DNA of 64,000 nt from IMG/VR virus record IMGVR_UViG_3300048924_000100, positions 150,199-214,198 of that record; one strand, written 5' to 3'. A program made the position numbers and the translations under genes. The notes beneath the pieces are model-generated. The model searched no databases, was not told where the DNA came from, and saw only the letters and a program-made list of their open reading frames with translations. Below, piece after piece: positions 1 to 10,173 of the stretch; the stretch's first letter is position 1, and every line of letters starts with the position of its first letter.

Positions 1-77
1 TGGTGTGCTTGGTGTTTTCGCTTGATGTTTAATTAAACACTCAAATTTCCTTCGTTAACGAAAAAGGATACAACGTA

Positions 78-1349
78 ATGAGCCTGAATCTTCTTGATAT
101 GTACGCCGGTGCCGAAGAACTGGAACTGGAAGGTGGCGCTGGTGGCGCCGCAGTGGTTGACGCCGTTGAAGACGTCGTTAAAACCGAAATCGCCGAAGTG
201 ACCGTCGCTATCGAAGAGCAATCCCAGCAGGTTGAACAGCTGGTTGCCAAGGTCGACGAGCTGGAAGAAGCCGTTGAAGAAGCGACTGAAGTCGTGGAAG
301 GCATGGAGTCGCTGATCAACTCCGGCAACTTCAACAGCCTGGCATTCGCCAACCTGTACAACCGCGGCGTGAAGCTCGGTAACAAGCTGGGCGCAAACAT
401 CGGCGGCGAGCGCATGGGCGCTGAGTCCATCACCGACGCTTCGACCGCTCAGATGTATGCTCGTCAGGGCATCGAAAGCATCATGGACTCCATCAAGGAA
501 TACGGCCGTAAGGCTGTAGAGTTCATCAAGCACATCTTCAACACCGTCATCAACTTCTTCGTGTCGATCTTCGACAAGGCCGCGGCCATCGAGAAGCGTG
601 CTGACCAGCTGAAGAAACGTCTGGAAGACGGCGCCAAGATCAAAGAGCAAGTTAAACTGGGCAGCTGGAACGTCTGGGTTGACTACGCCAAGAACGGTCT
701 GGCCGGCGTTAAGCCAAAAGGCTTCGACGCTTCGCAGGGCGCTCTGGCCAAACTGACCGAGCTGGGCAAGAACGTCAACGGTATCGAACTGGAAGACTTC
801 AAGTCGGCTTACAGCGGCGTGATCGCTGCCATCAAGTCTGACGCCAAGTCGGCTGGCAAGTACAACGAGAAGAAAGCTGGTACTCACGACGTGCTGATCG
901 GCGTCTTGAACGGTATCCGCATCCAGGCTTCTTACATCGACAGCGACATCAAAACCATGGCCGACGCAGCTAACGCCGCTCGTTCCCTGAAGTTCGTTGT
1001 GATGAAAGACCCGGAAGCCAAGAAACTGACCAGCGGTTCCGACGTCAAAGCCAAGGCCGACAAGTCTGCCCTGCTGAAAGAAATCGGCGAAATCCGTGCT
1101 ATCAGCAAGACCCTGCGCGAAGGCAAAGTGGCCAAAGCTTTCAGCGCTGCTGAACGCGACCGCGTGATCGGTTCCCTGAACGCGATCAAAGCTGGCGACA
1201 ACGACAAAGCGTCGGAAGTCAACGGCAAAGTGACCCTGGTTAAGGCAGTGTACAGCTCGACTTCGAGCGTCGGCACCAACCTGACCAAAGTCATCGTCAA
1301 CGCTGCTGGCGCTGCGCTGGACTGCGTTGCGGCTCACATCTCCTTCTAA
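78..1349 (+). CDS. Internal head protein, phiKZ internal-protein family (gp93/gp162/gp163-like)
   Basis: 423 aa. Acidic N-terminal propeptide with [SAG]-x-E protease-type sites (GMES, GAES, GIES), then an amphipathic helix (IMDSIKEYGRKAVEFIKHIFNTVINFF). Strongly biased, highly expressed codon usage. AAGGA RBS. Confidence 0.75.
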   Translation: MSLNLLDMYAGAEELELEGGAGGAAVVDAVEDVVKTEIAEVTVAIEEQSQQVEQLVAKVDELEEAVEEATEVVEGMESLINSGNFNSLAFANLYNRGVKLGNKLGANIGGERMGAESITDASTAQMYARQGIESIMDSIKEYGRKAVEFIKHIFNTVINFFVSIFDKAAAIEKRADQLKKRLEDGAKIKEQVKLGSWNVWVDYAKNGLAGVKPKGFDASQGALAKLTELGKNVNGIELEDFKSAYSGVIAAIKSDAKSAGKYNEKKAGTHDVLIGVLNGIRIQASYIDSDIKTMADAANAARSLKFVVMKDPEAKKLTSGSDVKAKADKSALLKEIGEIRAISKTLREGKVAKAFSAAERDRVIGSLNAIKAGDNDKASEVNGKVTLVKAVYSSTSSVGTNLTKVIVNAAGAALDCVAAHISF

Positions 1350-1384
1350 GGCGATGTTGCTGCGGCTGTAACACCGTAAGGTAG

Positions 1385-1414
1385 CTACTAAGGGCGAGCA
1401 ATCGCCCTTAGTAG
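1385..1414 (+). terminator. Hairpin terminator after the internal head gene
   Basis: 13-bp stem ctactaagggcga/tcgcccttagtag; U-tract weak. Confidence 0.65.
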
Positions 1415-1417
1415 TCT

Positions 1418-1421
1418 TATG
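1418..1421 (+). promoter_or_regulatory. Candidate TATG late promoter
   Basis: TATG directly after a terminator and upstream of a virion gene, matching the phiKZ late-promoter core. The 4-mer alone is weak evidence. Confidence 0.3.
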
Positions 1422-1490
1422 GCTGCATTTTGTTTTTTCAAGGGATGCTATAGGTTTTGCTACATATCCTTTTTAACAGGTACTTTTACC

Positions 1491-2543
1491 ATGACGCAAC
1501 CAGTGCTTGCTCGTCGTTTTATCAATACACCTACTGTTGAAGCACTCTACAACGCCGAGAATCCTGAAAGCGTTGTGGAAGCCTCGGATGACAAGATCGA
1601 TGATCTGTCGGATGAATACAACAAGGTGTCTGGAACTGAATCACTCTACTACCAGTACGTCTTCTCACACATCCCTCGCCAGCATGATCTTAACCGTGCG
1701 GGCAACGAAGGTTTCGTGAGCTGGATCGGTGATATGGTGAATGCTCTAATCACTGCTGTGAAGAACTTCTTCAAGTGGGTGTTCAGTTTCTTCACCGGTA
1801 AGAAAGAAGTAGCCGCTCGTCAGAATAAGGACCTCTTGGCACAACTGGATAAGAGTGGTGTGCGGAAACACTTCACCCACTACCCCAACGGTTACATGAC
1901 CCTGTGGGCCAGTAAGGCCAAGGTGCCTAACAACCTGGACTGGGTACTCAAGTCGGTTGACGACCTCGAGAAAGCCGCAGCTAAGGTTAAGGCTTACGTT
2001 AAGGAAGTCGGCGACGTCGTAGAGAAGGCCGAAGCAGCCTTTGTGGGCAAACAACTGAGCACGGCCAAGGAGAAGTTCGATAAACTCTTCAAGGATCACC
2101 ACGCTAATCTGGTGAAGATCTTTGGTGGCGATCCAGCTGCCTTTGTAGGCGGGACAACTGTCTCTGTCAACGCACACGGTAAGGTGGTAATGAAGGTAGA
2201 CCCTGATCTACTGGAAGCTGAGAAGAACGCCGGCTACCTGCCTAACGAAACCAAGACCCGTGAGATCGCCAAGGCATTGGACGGTACCAACAAGGTCTTC
2301 GCTGACGTTATCAATGATGCAGTCAAGTTGGAGAACGTGTTCGTCAAGAACCTGCAAGGGAGCCTGGCATTCGCCAAGAGCACAGAACTCGAGAATGAGG
2401 CTGTTGCTAAATCCATGGCAAGCGATCTGAACGAACTCATCCGAAACGGCATGGCCGGTATCAAGATTCTGGAGACCCTGATCTTTAAGGTCTATCAGTC
2501 TGTGTACCTGATTGCCAAGTCCAGCATCGAGACCAAAGGGTAA
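1491..2543 (+). CDS. Putative internal head protein paralog
   Basis: 350 aa from ATG 1491. Acidic N-terminus with GTES and GNEG sites, then the same amphipathic helix type (FVSWIGDMVNALITAVKNFFKWVFSFF). Confidence 0.6.
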   Translation: MTQPVLARRFINTPTVEALYNAENPESVVEASDDKIDDLSDEYNKVSGTESLYYQYVFSHIPRQHDLNRAGNEGFVSWIGDMVNALITAVKNFFKWVFSFFTGKKEVAARQNKDLLAQLDKSGVRKHFTHYPNGYMTLWASKAKVPNNLDWVLKSVDDLEKAAAKVKAYVKEVGDVVEKAEAAFVGKQLSTAKEKFDKLFKDHHANLVKIFGGDPAAFVGGTTVSVNAHGKVVMKVDPDLLEAEKNAGYLPNETKTREIAKALDGTNKVFADVINDAVKLENVFVKNLQGSLAFAKSTELENEAVAKSMASDLNELIRNGMAGIKILETLIFKVYQSVYLIAKSSIETKG

Positions 2544-2549
2544 GCCACT

Positions 2550-3032
2550 ATGCGCTTGAATTGCTTTAATAAAACGCTGTTGGTCGCTAAGGTCATGGAG
2601 CAACAAGGCATCCAAGGAATGAACCCTCGTTTCGGGGCTGGTCGTTCTGTTAGCGATACCGTGTTCAGCTATCTTGAACTGGGTAGCAGCGGCACCGGGT
2701 TGCTTATTGACAAGGTTGACCTGGGCGAACTGTTTAAAGGTATCCCTCAGGACATCTCTGGTCTGACCTTCGATACTCCAGAACAAGTGAGCCTGGATGC
2801 GTTGCAGGTATTGGTAGACGACAAGGTAGAAGAATGCATTGTTGTCGGCGAAAGCCCCCTTACCGGTCAGGCAGATGACTTGTCGGTCCATTTCTACAAC
2901 TGGTTACGTCTCGTTGGTTTAAGCGACCTGTCCATCTTCGAAGTAGAGCTGGGTACGAGTGAGGGCAACCTCTACGTAACGGCTCGTCGGGCTGCGTACT
3001 ACTGCGGTACCGTGATCATCAAGTATCAATGA
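2550..3032 (+). CDS. Hypothetical protein in head-protein operon
   Basis: 160 aa, tightly packed between head genes; no motif recognised. Confidence 0.6.
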   Translation: MRLNCFNKTLLVAKVMEQQGIQGMNPRFGAGRSVSDTVFSYLELGSSGTGLLIDKVDLGELFKGIPQDISGLTFDTPEQVSLDALQVLVDDKVEECIVVGESPLTGQADDLSVHFYNWLRLVGLSDLSIFEVELGTSEGNLYVTARRAAYYCGTVIIKYQ

Positions 3033-3041
3033 GGTGTGAGC

Positions 3042-4469
3042 ATGAATTTGTACTTTGAGCTGGGGCTGGTCAGTCTGCTGCTGTCCGGCAAAGCTGGAAA
3101 GCTGGACGCTGAAAAGAATCCAGTGATGGTTGAGTTACTCCGTTCCATGGGTCTCGACTACGTTGTTGACGCTGATAGCACTGACGAGAGTTCTGCTAAA
3201 GAACGTCTCTTCCGTATCGTGGCTGCGCTGGAAGACCGTCTGGCGTATTACGACGGCAGCGAGCTGCTGGTTAACTGGCCGGTGAATCAGTACCTCAATG
3301 AGTTGCTGCAGAACGTTCACACCGGTGACTTCACTCCAGAACGCAATGTGGCCATGCAGGTCTGTGCGTTGGGTAACAAGTCGTCTGACAATATGTCGGG
3401 CAGTGCGGTTACCGAGTGGATCGAGTTCTCTCACAAGAACCTGCGCTACTTCATTGATCTCTACGAGGGCCATGAACAGCCTAACATCGTAGCGATCCAG
3501 TCGCAGATCCGTTCGATCGAATACGCCGAGAAGGTGTTGAACATCGTTGACGTATTTGTGACCAGCCGCTTGGGTATGTTCATGGGTGTGGAGGAGTTTC
3601 ATCCTTCGCAACTGGAAGACTTGCCTGAGCCATCTGAGCCGGACTTCGAGCCACCGGAAGACTGCCAGAAGAATGCTGACTGCGACTGCGGTTGTATTGC
3701 GGATCACACGCTTCAGCTGATTCAAGGTATGGAAGACTACCTGAACGGTGTAAACAGTTATGCGGCTAACTACCTCATCGGTGCCGCCAGTGGCCACAAT
3801 GCCCGTATGAGCGCTGTAGAAGGCACAGAAGGCGCAATCCTTGATGGTATCAAGGAAATGGCAATGAAGGCCTGGGACATGATCACAGAGTCCTTTAAAG
3901 CCATCCAGGGGTGGTTCTCCTCTAACGAGAGCACCTCTGATACCAAAGCGGTAGCCGAAGCAGCGGAATCCAACAAGAAGGACCTAGTAGCGGCCAAGGA
4001 AGGCAGCGGGGATCAAATCAACCCTCAGGCCAAAGCTAGCCTGGTAAAGCTGGCAGCTGAAGCAGATCCATCGGGTGCGTTCAGCGCCATTGTGGGTAGC
4101 CTCAACACCAAGGCTGACGCAGCATCCTGCCTGGACAAGCTCCTGGGTCTGTTGAAAAAGCAAGAGGGCCCAGCAGGTGGTTTGGACGCTCTCCTGGATC
4201 TGGCAAAGGATAAGCTTGCCGAACTGAAGACTGCCGCCAGCAATGTGACTGGTAAAGATGAAAAGAACAAGGAAGTTGTGGGTACTGCTAAGAAGGGTAC
4301 ACAGGAAAGTATTGCGGCGGCCAAAGAAGCGGTTGCACGAGTGAAAGAGAAAGTTACCGCGCACAAGAAACTGGTGTCTGGTATCCGCAAAGCAGTTAGC
4401 GGGATCAACACCAAGATCTTCCCAGCTGTAGAGCCTAAAGAAGCGCCTAAAGGCGATAAGAAGGAGTAA
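3042..4469 (+). CDS. Putative virion head protein with long propeptide
   Basis: 475 aa from ATG 3042 (GAGGTG RBS). Acidic N-half with Cys cluster CQKNADCDCGC; AVEG-TEG site then an amphipathic helix (ILDGIKEMAMKAWDMITESF); Ala/Lys-rich helical C-half. Confidence 0.6.
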   Translation: MNLYFELGLVSLLLSGKAGKLDAEKNPVMVELLRSMGLDYVVDADSTDESSAKERLFRIVAALEDRLAYYDGSELLVNWPVNQYLNELLQNVHTGDFTPERNVAMQVCALGNKSSDNMSGSAVTEWIEFSHKNLRYFIDLYEGHEQPNIVAIQSQIRSIEYAEKVLNIVDVFVTSRLGMFMGVEEFHPSQLEDLPEPSEPDFEPPEDCQKNADCDCGCIADHTLQLIQGMEDYLNGVNSYAANYLIGAASGHNARMSAVEGTEGAILDGIKEMAMKAWDMITESFKAIQGWFSSNESTSDTKAVAEAAESNKKDLVAAKEGSGDQINPQAKASLVKLAAEADPSGAFSAIVGSLNTKADAASCLDKLLGLLKKQEGPAGGLDALLDLAKDKLAELKTAASNVTGKDEKNKEVVGTAKKGTQESIAAAKEAVARVKEKVTAHKKLVSGIRKAVSGINTKIFPAVEPKEAPKGDKKE

Positions 4470-4474
4470 CGGTA

Positions 4475-5179
4475 ATGGCCTTGGAAAACGTTCACCCGGT
4501 GGTTCTCGAGCGTATCAAGAACCAGCTACCCGACGGCTTCACGGTTCTGAGCGCTGTTGCTGAATCCGAAAGCAAAACTGCGTTCTTGGTTGAACAGAAC
4601 GGTATTACTCAAAAGGCCTACATGCTCAAGGGTAATCTCTTGCAGGTGATGGCTCACAAGGCGCCTGAGGTCTCAGCCAAAGAAGGGGATCTCCTGGGCG
4701 CTGTCGTGCAAGAACTGTCTGATGCGTACCAGCTCCACCTGTTGGATAAGGTGGACTACAACGTCGACGACCTGTTGGTCGAGTTCGTGGGTAAAGATCA
4801 GGTCCAGGTTTCTGTTTCGATCCTGCCCACCAGTACCAGTCTCAGCGGTGTGCTGATCTTCACCGTCAGGAACAAGGATGCGGCTGCTCGTCCTCTGAAG
4901 CAGAGCACCCTCGATCTGGAAGAGCATCGTGTCCGGTTAGCCCTGGCAGGTAAAGTGTTTGAAGTTACTGACCCTGAACCGGTTAACCCCGACAAGACTC
5001 TTACGCAAGAGTTCGCTGAACAGCTGGAAGAGTTTGTAGGCTCGCTGGGTTTCACAACACCGCCTACGGCTGATGACTTCCAGTTGGCTGACGTGCTCAG
5101 CCAGTTGCATGACGGTATCTCGGCTCTGGTGATTATCAAGTTGCCAAGTGACCTGGTTGTTCCTGTGCGCTGGAAGTAA
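4475..5179 (+). CDS. Hypothetical (probable virion) protein
   Basis: 234 aa, GGAG RBS, last gene before a terminator. Confidence 0.6.
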   Translation: MALENVHPVVLERIKNQLPDGFTVLSAVAESESKTAFLVEQNGITQKAYMLKGNLLQVMAHKAPEVSAKEGDLLGAVVQELSDAYQLHLLDKVDYNVDDLLVEFVGKDQVQVSVSILPTSTSLSGVLIFTVRNKDAAARPLKQSTLDLEEHRVRLALAGKVFEVTDPEPVNPDKTLTQEFAEQLEEFVGSLGFTTPPTADDFQLADVLSQLHDGISALVIIKLPSDLVVPVRWK

Positions 5180-5192
5180 CCCTTACTGATCG

Positions 5193-5219
5193 GTAATGGA
5201 AGGTAACCCCTTCCATTAC
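5193..5219 (+). terminator. Intrinsic terminator
   Basis: 11-bp stem gtaatggaagg/ccttccattac followed by ttatcttttt. Confidence 0.75.
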
Positions 5220-5253
5220 TTATCTTTTTATTTTCATTATTGAGCATACACCC

Positions 5254-6774
5254 ATGATGCTGAAATCAATGGTAATGTCTGAAGATGACTATGCATCGTT
5301 CTTTCGCCCTGCGGTGTTGGATTCTCTCAGACAAGTTCTAAAGTTCTACAGCTTGGACAATGCCTCGCAAATCATTTATAACGGCGAGAATGATGTTGCC
5401 AAGTTGATTGGCAGTAACTCTGATGACGGTCTGCGTGGTGACATGTACACCGATGGCGTCTTCCGTAACAAACTGTTCATCGTGGTAGAGAAAGAAGACA
5501 CCCCATTTAACACCGGTTATTCCAACCAGCGTCGTGAACCGACCGAACGCCCGGTATGGTTAACCGATGACGAAGAGCCTATGGGGCTGTACCCAGCCTT
5601 CTCTGGCGTAAAGGTTAACGTCTCTGTAGTGGCCTCGTTTAACAGCAGCAAGCTGGCAGACCACTACGTGCGCCGTATCAACCGTGTTCGTGATAACCAG
5701 ATGGCTGACATGGCGTTCAGTGCTACGGTCCACCTGGGCGTTAACAACGGTATCCTGGCGTGCATGCAGGATATCCATACACTACTGCTCAAGAACGATC
5801 CGACTACTCCTGAGTTTGGTGAGTGGTTCAACAAGTATTGCCAAGTACCGTTCACTACCATCTCCAACGTGGCAGGTAAGAACAAACGTCTGGTAGTTCC
5901 ACAGCGTTTGGACTTCATCGGTATTCAGTTCTCTGATCCAGAGATCCAGCGTTCTCGTAAAGGTTCCACTATCGGTAAGTATGAAGTCGAGTTCAAATAC
6001 TTCTTCTACTTCAACGAGTTCACCAACTGGGAGTTCTTCTACCCATTGGACGTTTATCAGGATGAGATTCCTGAGAAGTGGATCCCTATCCCTAACGAGC
6101 AGTTTGTTCGACCGTTCAACGTACGGGTGGCCCCTGAAGTAGCCTGGGGTCTGTCTAACCAGACCACCCGTCAGCAGGAAGCCCCTTACTTCATGAAGTT
6201 GCCTAAGCATGATCCTTGGGTAATGAAGCGAGTACCTTTCGTACAGCCTATCATTCAGGCACGGTTGTCGGTGGATAACATCGAGAACCAGGAGCTGGTC
6301 AACATCTTCGAGATTCCAGGCTTTAAATGGAATGAGCAAGTCAAGGCTTACATGCTTCGTCGTCGCGATGTGGCGTTCACTCAATACGCTACGCCGTTCC
6401 TGGTCTGGGTGTACAGCAACAACCTGCGTATTCTGCCTACTCAGTTGAGTATGGACGAGACAGGCTCTGTAAGGCTCTCCAGGCTGCCTACGATGAAAAA
6501 TGTGCACCACATCGTGGTAACCCTCGATTATGCGATCCGGGACTACACAGACGCTTTCTGGGAGGATCTGTATCAGAACCCTCAGGACCTCAATCTGTTG
6601 CCGGCCATTTTCCCGTGGTATCGCTGGGACAAGTTGCCTGAACCTTGGCTGGATCATATCCACCAGATCCGCAAAGACATCGATAAGGGCTTAGGGCTGC
6701 CGGGGGATAATCCAACCCGGTACATGATGAACCTCGGTCTTAACAGTTACGTATTGGTAGAGGACAAACGCTAA
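5254..6774 (+). CDS. Virion structural protein, probable baseplate component
   Basis: 506 aa. First of a coupled four-gene block resembling the conserved phiKZ/SPN3US baseplate block (recalled, not searched). Confidence 0.55.
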   Translation: MMLKSMVMSEDDYASFFRPAVLDSLRQVLKFYSLDNASQIIYNGENDVAKLIGSNSDDGLRGDMYTDGVFRNKLFIVVEKEDTPFNTGYSNQRREPTERPVWLTDDEEPMGLYPAFSGVKVNVSVVASFNSSKLADHYVRRINRVRDNQMADMAFSATVHLGVNNGILACMQDIHTLLLKNDPTTPEFGEWFNKYCQVPFTTISNVAGKNKRLVVPQRLDFIGIQFSDPEIQRSRKGSTIGKYEVEFKYFFYFNEFTNWEFFYPLDVYQDEIPEKWIPIPNEQFVRPFNVRVAPEVAWGLSNQTTRQQEAPYFMKLPKHDPWVMKRVPFVQPIIQARLSVDNIENQELVNIFEIPGFKWNEQVKAYMLRRRDVAFTQYATPFLVWVYSNNLRILPTQLSMDETGSVRLSRLPTMKNVHHIVVTLDYAIRDYTDAFWEDLYQNPQDLNLLPAIFPWYRWDKLPEPWLDHIHQIRKDIDKGLGLPGDNPTRYMMNLGLNSYVLVEDKR

Positions 6775-8063
6775 TGGGCCTAAAGACCACTCCCTTGGGG
6801 CAGGAACTTCCTCCAGAACCGGAACGTCCCAAGATTTATAGCAACACGTACAAGCACACCATTGTAGACTCGGCCTATACGCCTGAGACGTCGTTACTGA
6901 CAATGGTAGACGGTACTCCGCGGTTGATGGAGTACTATCGTCGGGAACTGGGACCTGACGAAGAGTTGAGTACCTTCCAACCGGATAACTCGGCTGTCTA
7001 TCAGAGCTACGCCCGCATCAAGAACCTGGTCGGTAAACAGGACGGTGCCGGCGCTTACGCCTTCGACCCGACTACCGGTCAATCCAGCGGTACGTTCGAG
7101 ATGTGGTTGGCGTTCGATCTGAACCCGTTGCAGTATGACGTGGCGATCATGGACATCGGTGAGGGCCGCGCAGGTCTGTTCCACATCACCCAGCAACCAG
7201 AGATCCGTAACGACACCTCCAACAAGGTCTACCTCTGTACCTTTGAGAAACTCGGTATCCTTACCGAAGATCTCTTTGCGCAGTTGGATATCCGTGTTGT
7301 TAAGGAATGGGTCTACTCGAAGGACTCGGCGCTGCACGGTGGTATCGCTATCATTACTGATAACGAGTTCACTACGGCCAAGGAGTTGTTCGACTGGCGT
7401 CTGACGATTGCTAACTGGTTGATGAACACCTTCTACTGGAACCCTGAGCGGACAATTGCCTGGGAAGACGGTAACGGGCGGAAGATCTACGACCAATACC
7501 TGGTGAAGTTCCTGGCGGCTCAAATGCCGGCTGACCTCAGAACCTCCTATCCTCCAATTAACCTGTTCTCTACGCAGTACGGTGGACGGGAATACGGTGG
7601 CTTTGGTGATATCACCATCTGGGAGATTCTGATGCGCGGAGACTTCAATCTCCTGCCCATGGTCAAGAACTCCGAGATAACGATCGTCTCCACCAACCGT
7701 CTGATCAATACCCGTCAATACGGTAACTTGCGTTCCAGCAAGTTCGATTGGGTGGTTGTAGCGGATCCCGAACGTTACCAGATCCAACGGGCGTATTTCA
7801 ACATGGATGGCTTCCCACTGTTAGCCTCCAGCCCGGAATACAAAACGACCTACTTGTTCACCCCTCAGTTCTACGAAGGCCTACCCCAGAATGAGTTTGA
7901 ACACCTGGTGGTAGATGCCCTGAAGAACCAGATGGTAGACCGGGAGAAACTCCTCGCTTATTGCAAGGGGTACTTCGCTCTGGACAAGTGGCAACAACTC
8001 TACCACGGCGCGATCCTGTTGCTGTTGATTCAGGTGAGCCGTAAGTTCGGACCTCCGATATGA
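6774..8063 (+). CDS. Virion structural protein, probable baseplate component
   Basis: 429 aa, TAATG overlap with the upstream gene; assignment from synteny. Confidence 0.55.
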   Translation: MGLKTTPLGQELPPEPERPKIYSNTYKHTIVDSAYTPETSLLTMVDGTPRLMEYYRRELGPDEELSTFQPDNSAVYQSYARIKNLVGKQDGAGAYAFDPTTGQSSGTFEMWLAFDLNPLQYDVAIMDIGEGRAGLFHITQQPEIRNDTSNKVYLCTFEKLGILTEDLFAQLDIRVVKEWVYSKDSALHGGIAIITDNEFTTAKELFDWRLTIANWLMNTFYWNPERTIAWEDGNGRKIYDQYLVKFLAAQMPADLRTSYPPINLFSTQYGGREYGGFGDITIWEILMRGDFNLLPMVKNSEITIVSTNRLINTRQYGNLRSSKFDWVVVADPERYQIQRAYFNMDGFPLLASSPEYKTTYLFTPQFYEGLPQNEFEHLVVDALKNQMVDREKLLAYCKGYFALDKWQQLYHGAILLLLIQVSRKFGPPI

Positions 8064-8800
8064 AAATGCTTTATCCTCGTTACGGCGCTGTGCGGAATCG
8101 GTTGATTGAACTGCACGGCGTGTTGAACCATCGGGTCTATGGAGTCTGGGTGGCTCCTAAGTCCCTGATGTCGATGGATGACCTCCGCGAACGTTACCAC
8201 AATAACCAGCAGGGGTTTGCCAACGATACCAACTACTACGACGAACCCCAGCTGCGGCAAATGAAGGTTCCACAGATCCTGAGCTTCATGGGTAATCTGT
8301 TGGGACCCGAGGACATCGGCTTCCAGAAGGCTAACGATGCAATCCCAGGTATTTACGAATCCATTCAAGAGTACCTGGCGTTGTGGTGTGAGATGATCCG
8401 GACGGTACCAGAGTTCAAGGCCCCTCCTCGTGAGGAGCTACGACAGCTGGAGAGTCTGGCGTACATGCTGTTTCCTACGTATGCGAAGATCAAGCCCTTT
8501 GTGGTTAACCAGGCTATCCGTGATGCTGGTAAGGATAACAAGGCTCAGGAAGGCATGGGTCTGGCATCGCTTGGTATGCTGTTTACCATGACCCCTATGC
8601 TGAACAAGGGTGTTGGTCAGGATATCAGCTTTGTGAGCCACCTGGACGAGCTGGACAACCACGAGCAGCATCAGTACCAGGTCGACCACCAACAACCGGC
8701 TCCAGGTAACTTCTTCCCAACGCTGAAGATCTCCACTGACAGCTTACGGGACCTGGATACTTCAACCGACACTAACGACTGGATCTTCAAAGGAGACTAA
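8060..8800 (+). CDS. Conserved hypothetical / virion protein
   Basis: 246 aa, ATGA overlap with the upstream gene. Confidence 0.55.
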   Translation: MKMLYPRYGAVRNRLIELHGVLNHRVYGVWVAPKSLMSMDDLRERYHNNQQGFANDTNYYDEPQLRQMKVPQILSFMGNLLGPEDIGFQKANDAIPGIYESIQEYLALWCEMIRTVPEFKAPPREELRQLESLAYMLFPTYAKIKPFVVNQAIRDAGKDNKAQEGMGLASLGMLFTMTPMLNKGVGQDISFVSHLDELDNHEQHQYQVDHQQPAPGNFFPTLKISTDSLRDLDTSTDTNDWIFKGD

Positions 8801-8802
8801 TC

Positions 8803-10161
8803 ATGGAGATGCCAAAGCCAATAGCCAACATCATCGCTCACGCTAATGCCCTTGATCAAGTGGGTAATGAGCGGATCTTTACTGTTGACGCCATGGTGGT
8901 CACTCCTACTGAGCAGATCCCCTTGTTGATCCCTAACGGGTTTGCCTGCTTGTCGTTGTTCGGACCTGCCCATGGGGGTGGTATCTCCCACAGCGACAAC
9001 GCGCGTATCAAGGCACAGATCCAACCGGGTGTCTACATGCGTAAGGTATTGCCCAATAAGGATAACCTCTTCATTGAGGTGACCGAGCGGGTAGGCTTCC
9101 AGCAGGTGATGCGCCGCTGGCGTGCAGTGCCCCTGGGTGACTCTGATCCAGAGATGCAGGGTGGTAACTCGGCAATGGCTGACTTGTCAACCAAAGACGA
9201 CACCAACATGATTACCGTATCCTTCCAGTTGTTTGAGACAGGTTATGCCTTGCTCAAGAACGAGTTGGTTTCGGATACCCTGTTGATGGCCACGCTTAAG
9301 GATGTGCTGCATGGCATTCTGACGGATTACGGTAGTCGACTTACCCTGACAGGTGGTGATGCGTTTAAGGGCGTGAACATCGAAGAGCCTGTGGACAATG
9401 CTCGGGTCTTCAGTCATGTGGCTATTCCTGCTGCCGTACCTCTGGTTAAACTGGGGATGTGGATGCAGGAGCATGACGAGTTCGGGTTCTACAACACGGG
9501 CTTGGGGATGTACTACAGGAAGGGTATGTGGTGGGTTTACCCACAGTACCGCACAGGACGGTATGAGACGGCTCCTAAGGTACTTAACGTGTACCGGGTG
9601 CCTGAAGACGTGATACCCACTCTGAAGCGCTCCTACTTCCAGGAAGGGAAGGCTCTGACGGTTCTGTCTACTGGTGGTGGGGTTACCAAAGACGGATCCG
9701 ACATCAAGAAGCAGAACGTGGGTACGGGTAAGCGGATTGTTACCGCAGATGCGGCTATGGCTGAGACTGGGGTGTACTACAACAAAGGTCAGGCCATGAC
9801 CACCCGTGCTGACTCCCTGTCCGAGTACCAGACCTCTAAGCGTGCCAGTGGCGAAGAGATGGTGAGCTATCATGCAGAGCCTACCAACAACCTCTGTAAG
9901 CACCTGACAGAGAACGCAAAGAACGACGGTAACCTGGTGCAGGTATCTTGGCACAACTCTGACGCTTCGCTGATTGATCCGGCTATGCCTGTTCGTTACT
10001 TCTACATGAGCGGTAGTAACAACCTCGTGTACAAGGAAGGCACTGTGCATGTAATCAAGTCAGAGTGGCAGATGGATACCCAAAGCACTGGGCAACCTAC
10101 CTTCAGGGAGATTTCTCTTTTGGGGCTGTTCATCTCCGATGACGAGATACTGGTGGAATAA
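8803..10161 (+). CDS. Putative baseplate hub protein (phiKZ gp101-like)
   Basis: 452 aa, beta-rich. Hub-like features (LGMWMQEHDEFGFYNTGLGMYY) and position in the baseplate block. Confidence 0.5.
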   Translation: MEMPKPIANIIAHANALDQVGNERIFTVDAMVVTPTEQIPLLIPNGFACLSLFGPAHGGGISHSDNARIKAQIQPGVYMRKVLPNKDNLFIEVTERVGFQQVMRRWRAVPLGDSDPEMQGGNSAMADLSTKDDTNMITVSFQLFETGYALLKNELVSDTLLMATLKDVLHGILTDYGSRLTLTGGDAFKGVNIEEPVDNARVFSHVAIPAAVPLVKLGMWMQEHDEFGFYNTGLGMYYRKGMWWVYPQYRTGRYETAPKVLNVYRVPEDVIPTLKRSYFQEGKALTVLSTGGGVTKDGSDIKKQNVGTGKRIVTADAAMAETGVYYNKGQAMTTRADSLSEYQTSKRASGEEMVSYHAEPTNNLCKHLTENAKNDGNLVQVSWHNSDASLIDPAMPVRYFYMSGSNNLVYKEGTVHVIKSEWQMDTQSTGQPTFREISLLGLFISDDEILVE

Positions 10162-10173
10162 ATCTTCAGCCAG

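Noticed and set aside
1-10. TGGTGTGCTT also found at 20539-20548
   Set aside because: Only 10 nt, truncated by the window edge; a shared late-promoter context cannot be established.
33-1337. 434-aa antisense ORF opposite the internal head gene
   Set aside because: It mirrors the sense codons. Strong codon bias (few TTA/CTA/TCA) removes antisense stops, and there is no RBS or protein-like motif.
78-4469. First four genes share one reading frame, with a single TGA between 2550-3032 and the next ORF (possible read-through)
   Set aside because: Each downstream gene has its own start and most have a clear RBS; a terminator separates genes 1 and 2; shared frame is plausible by chance.
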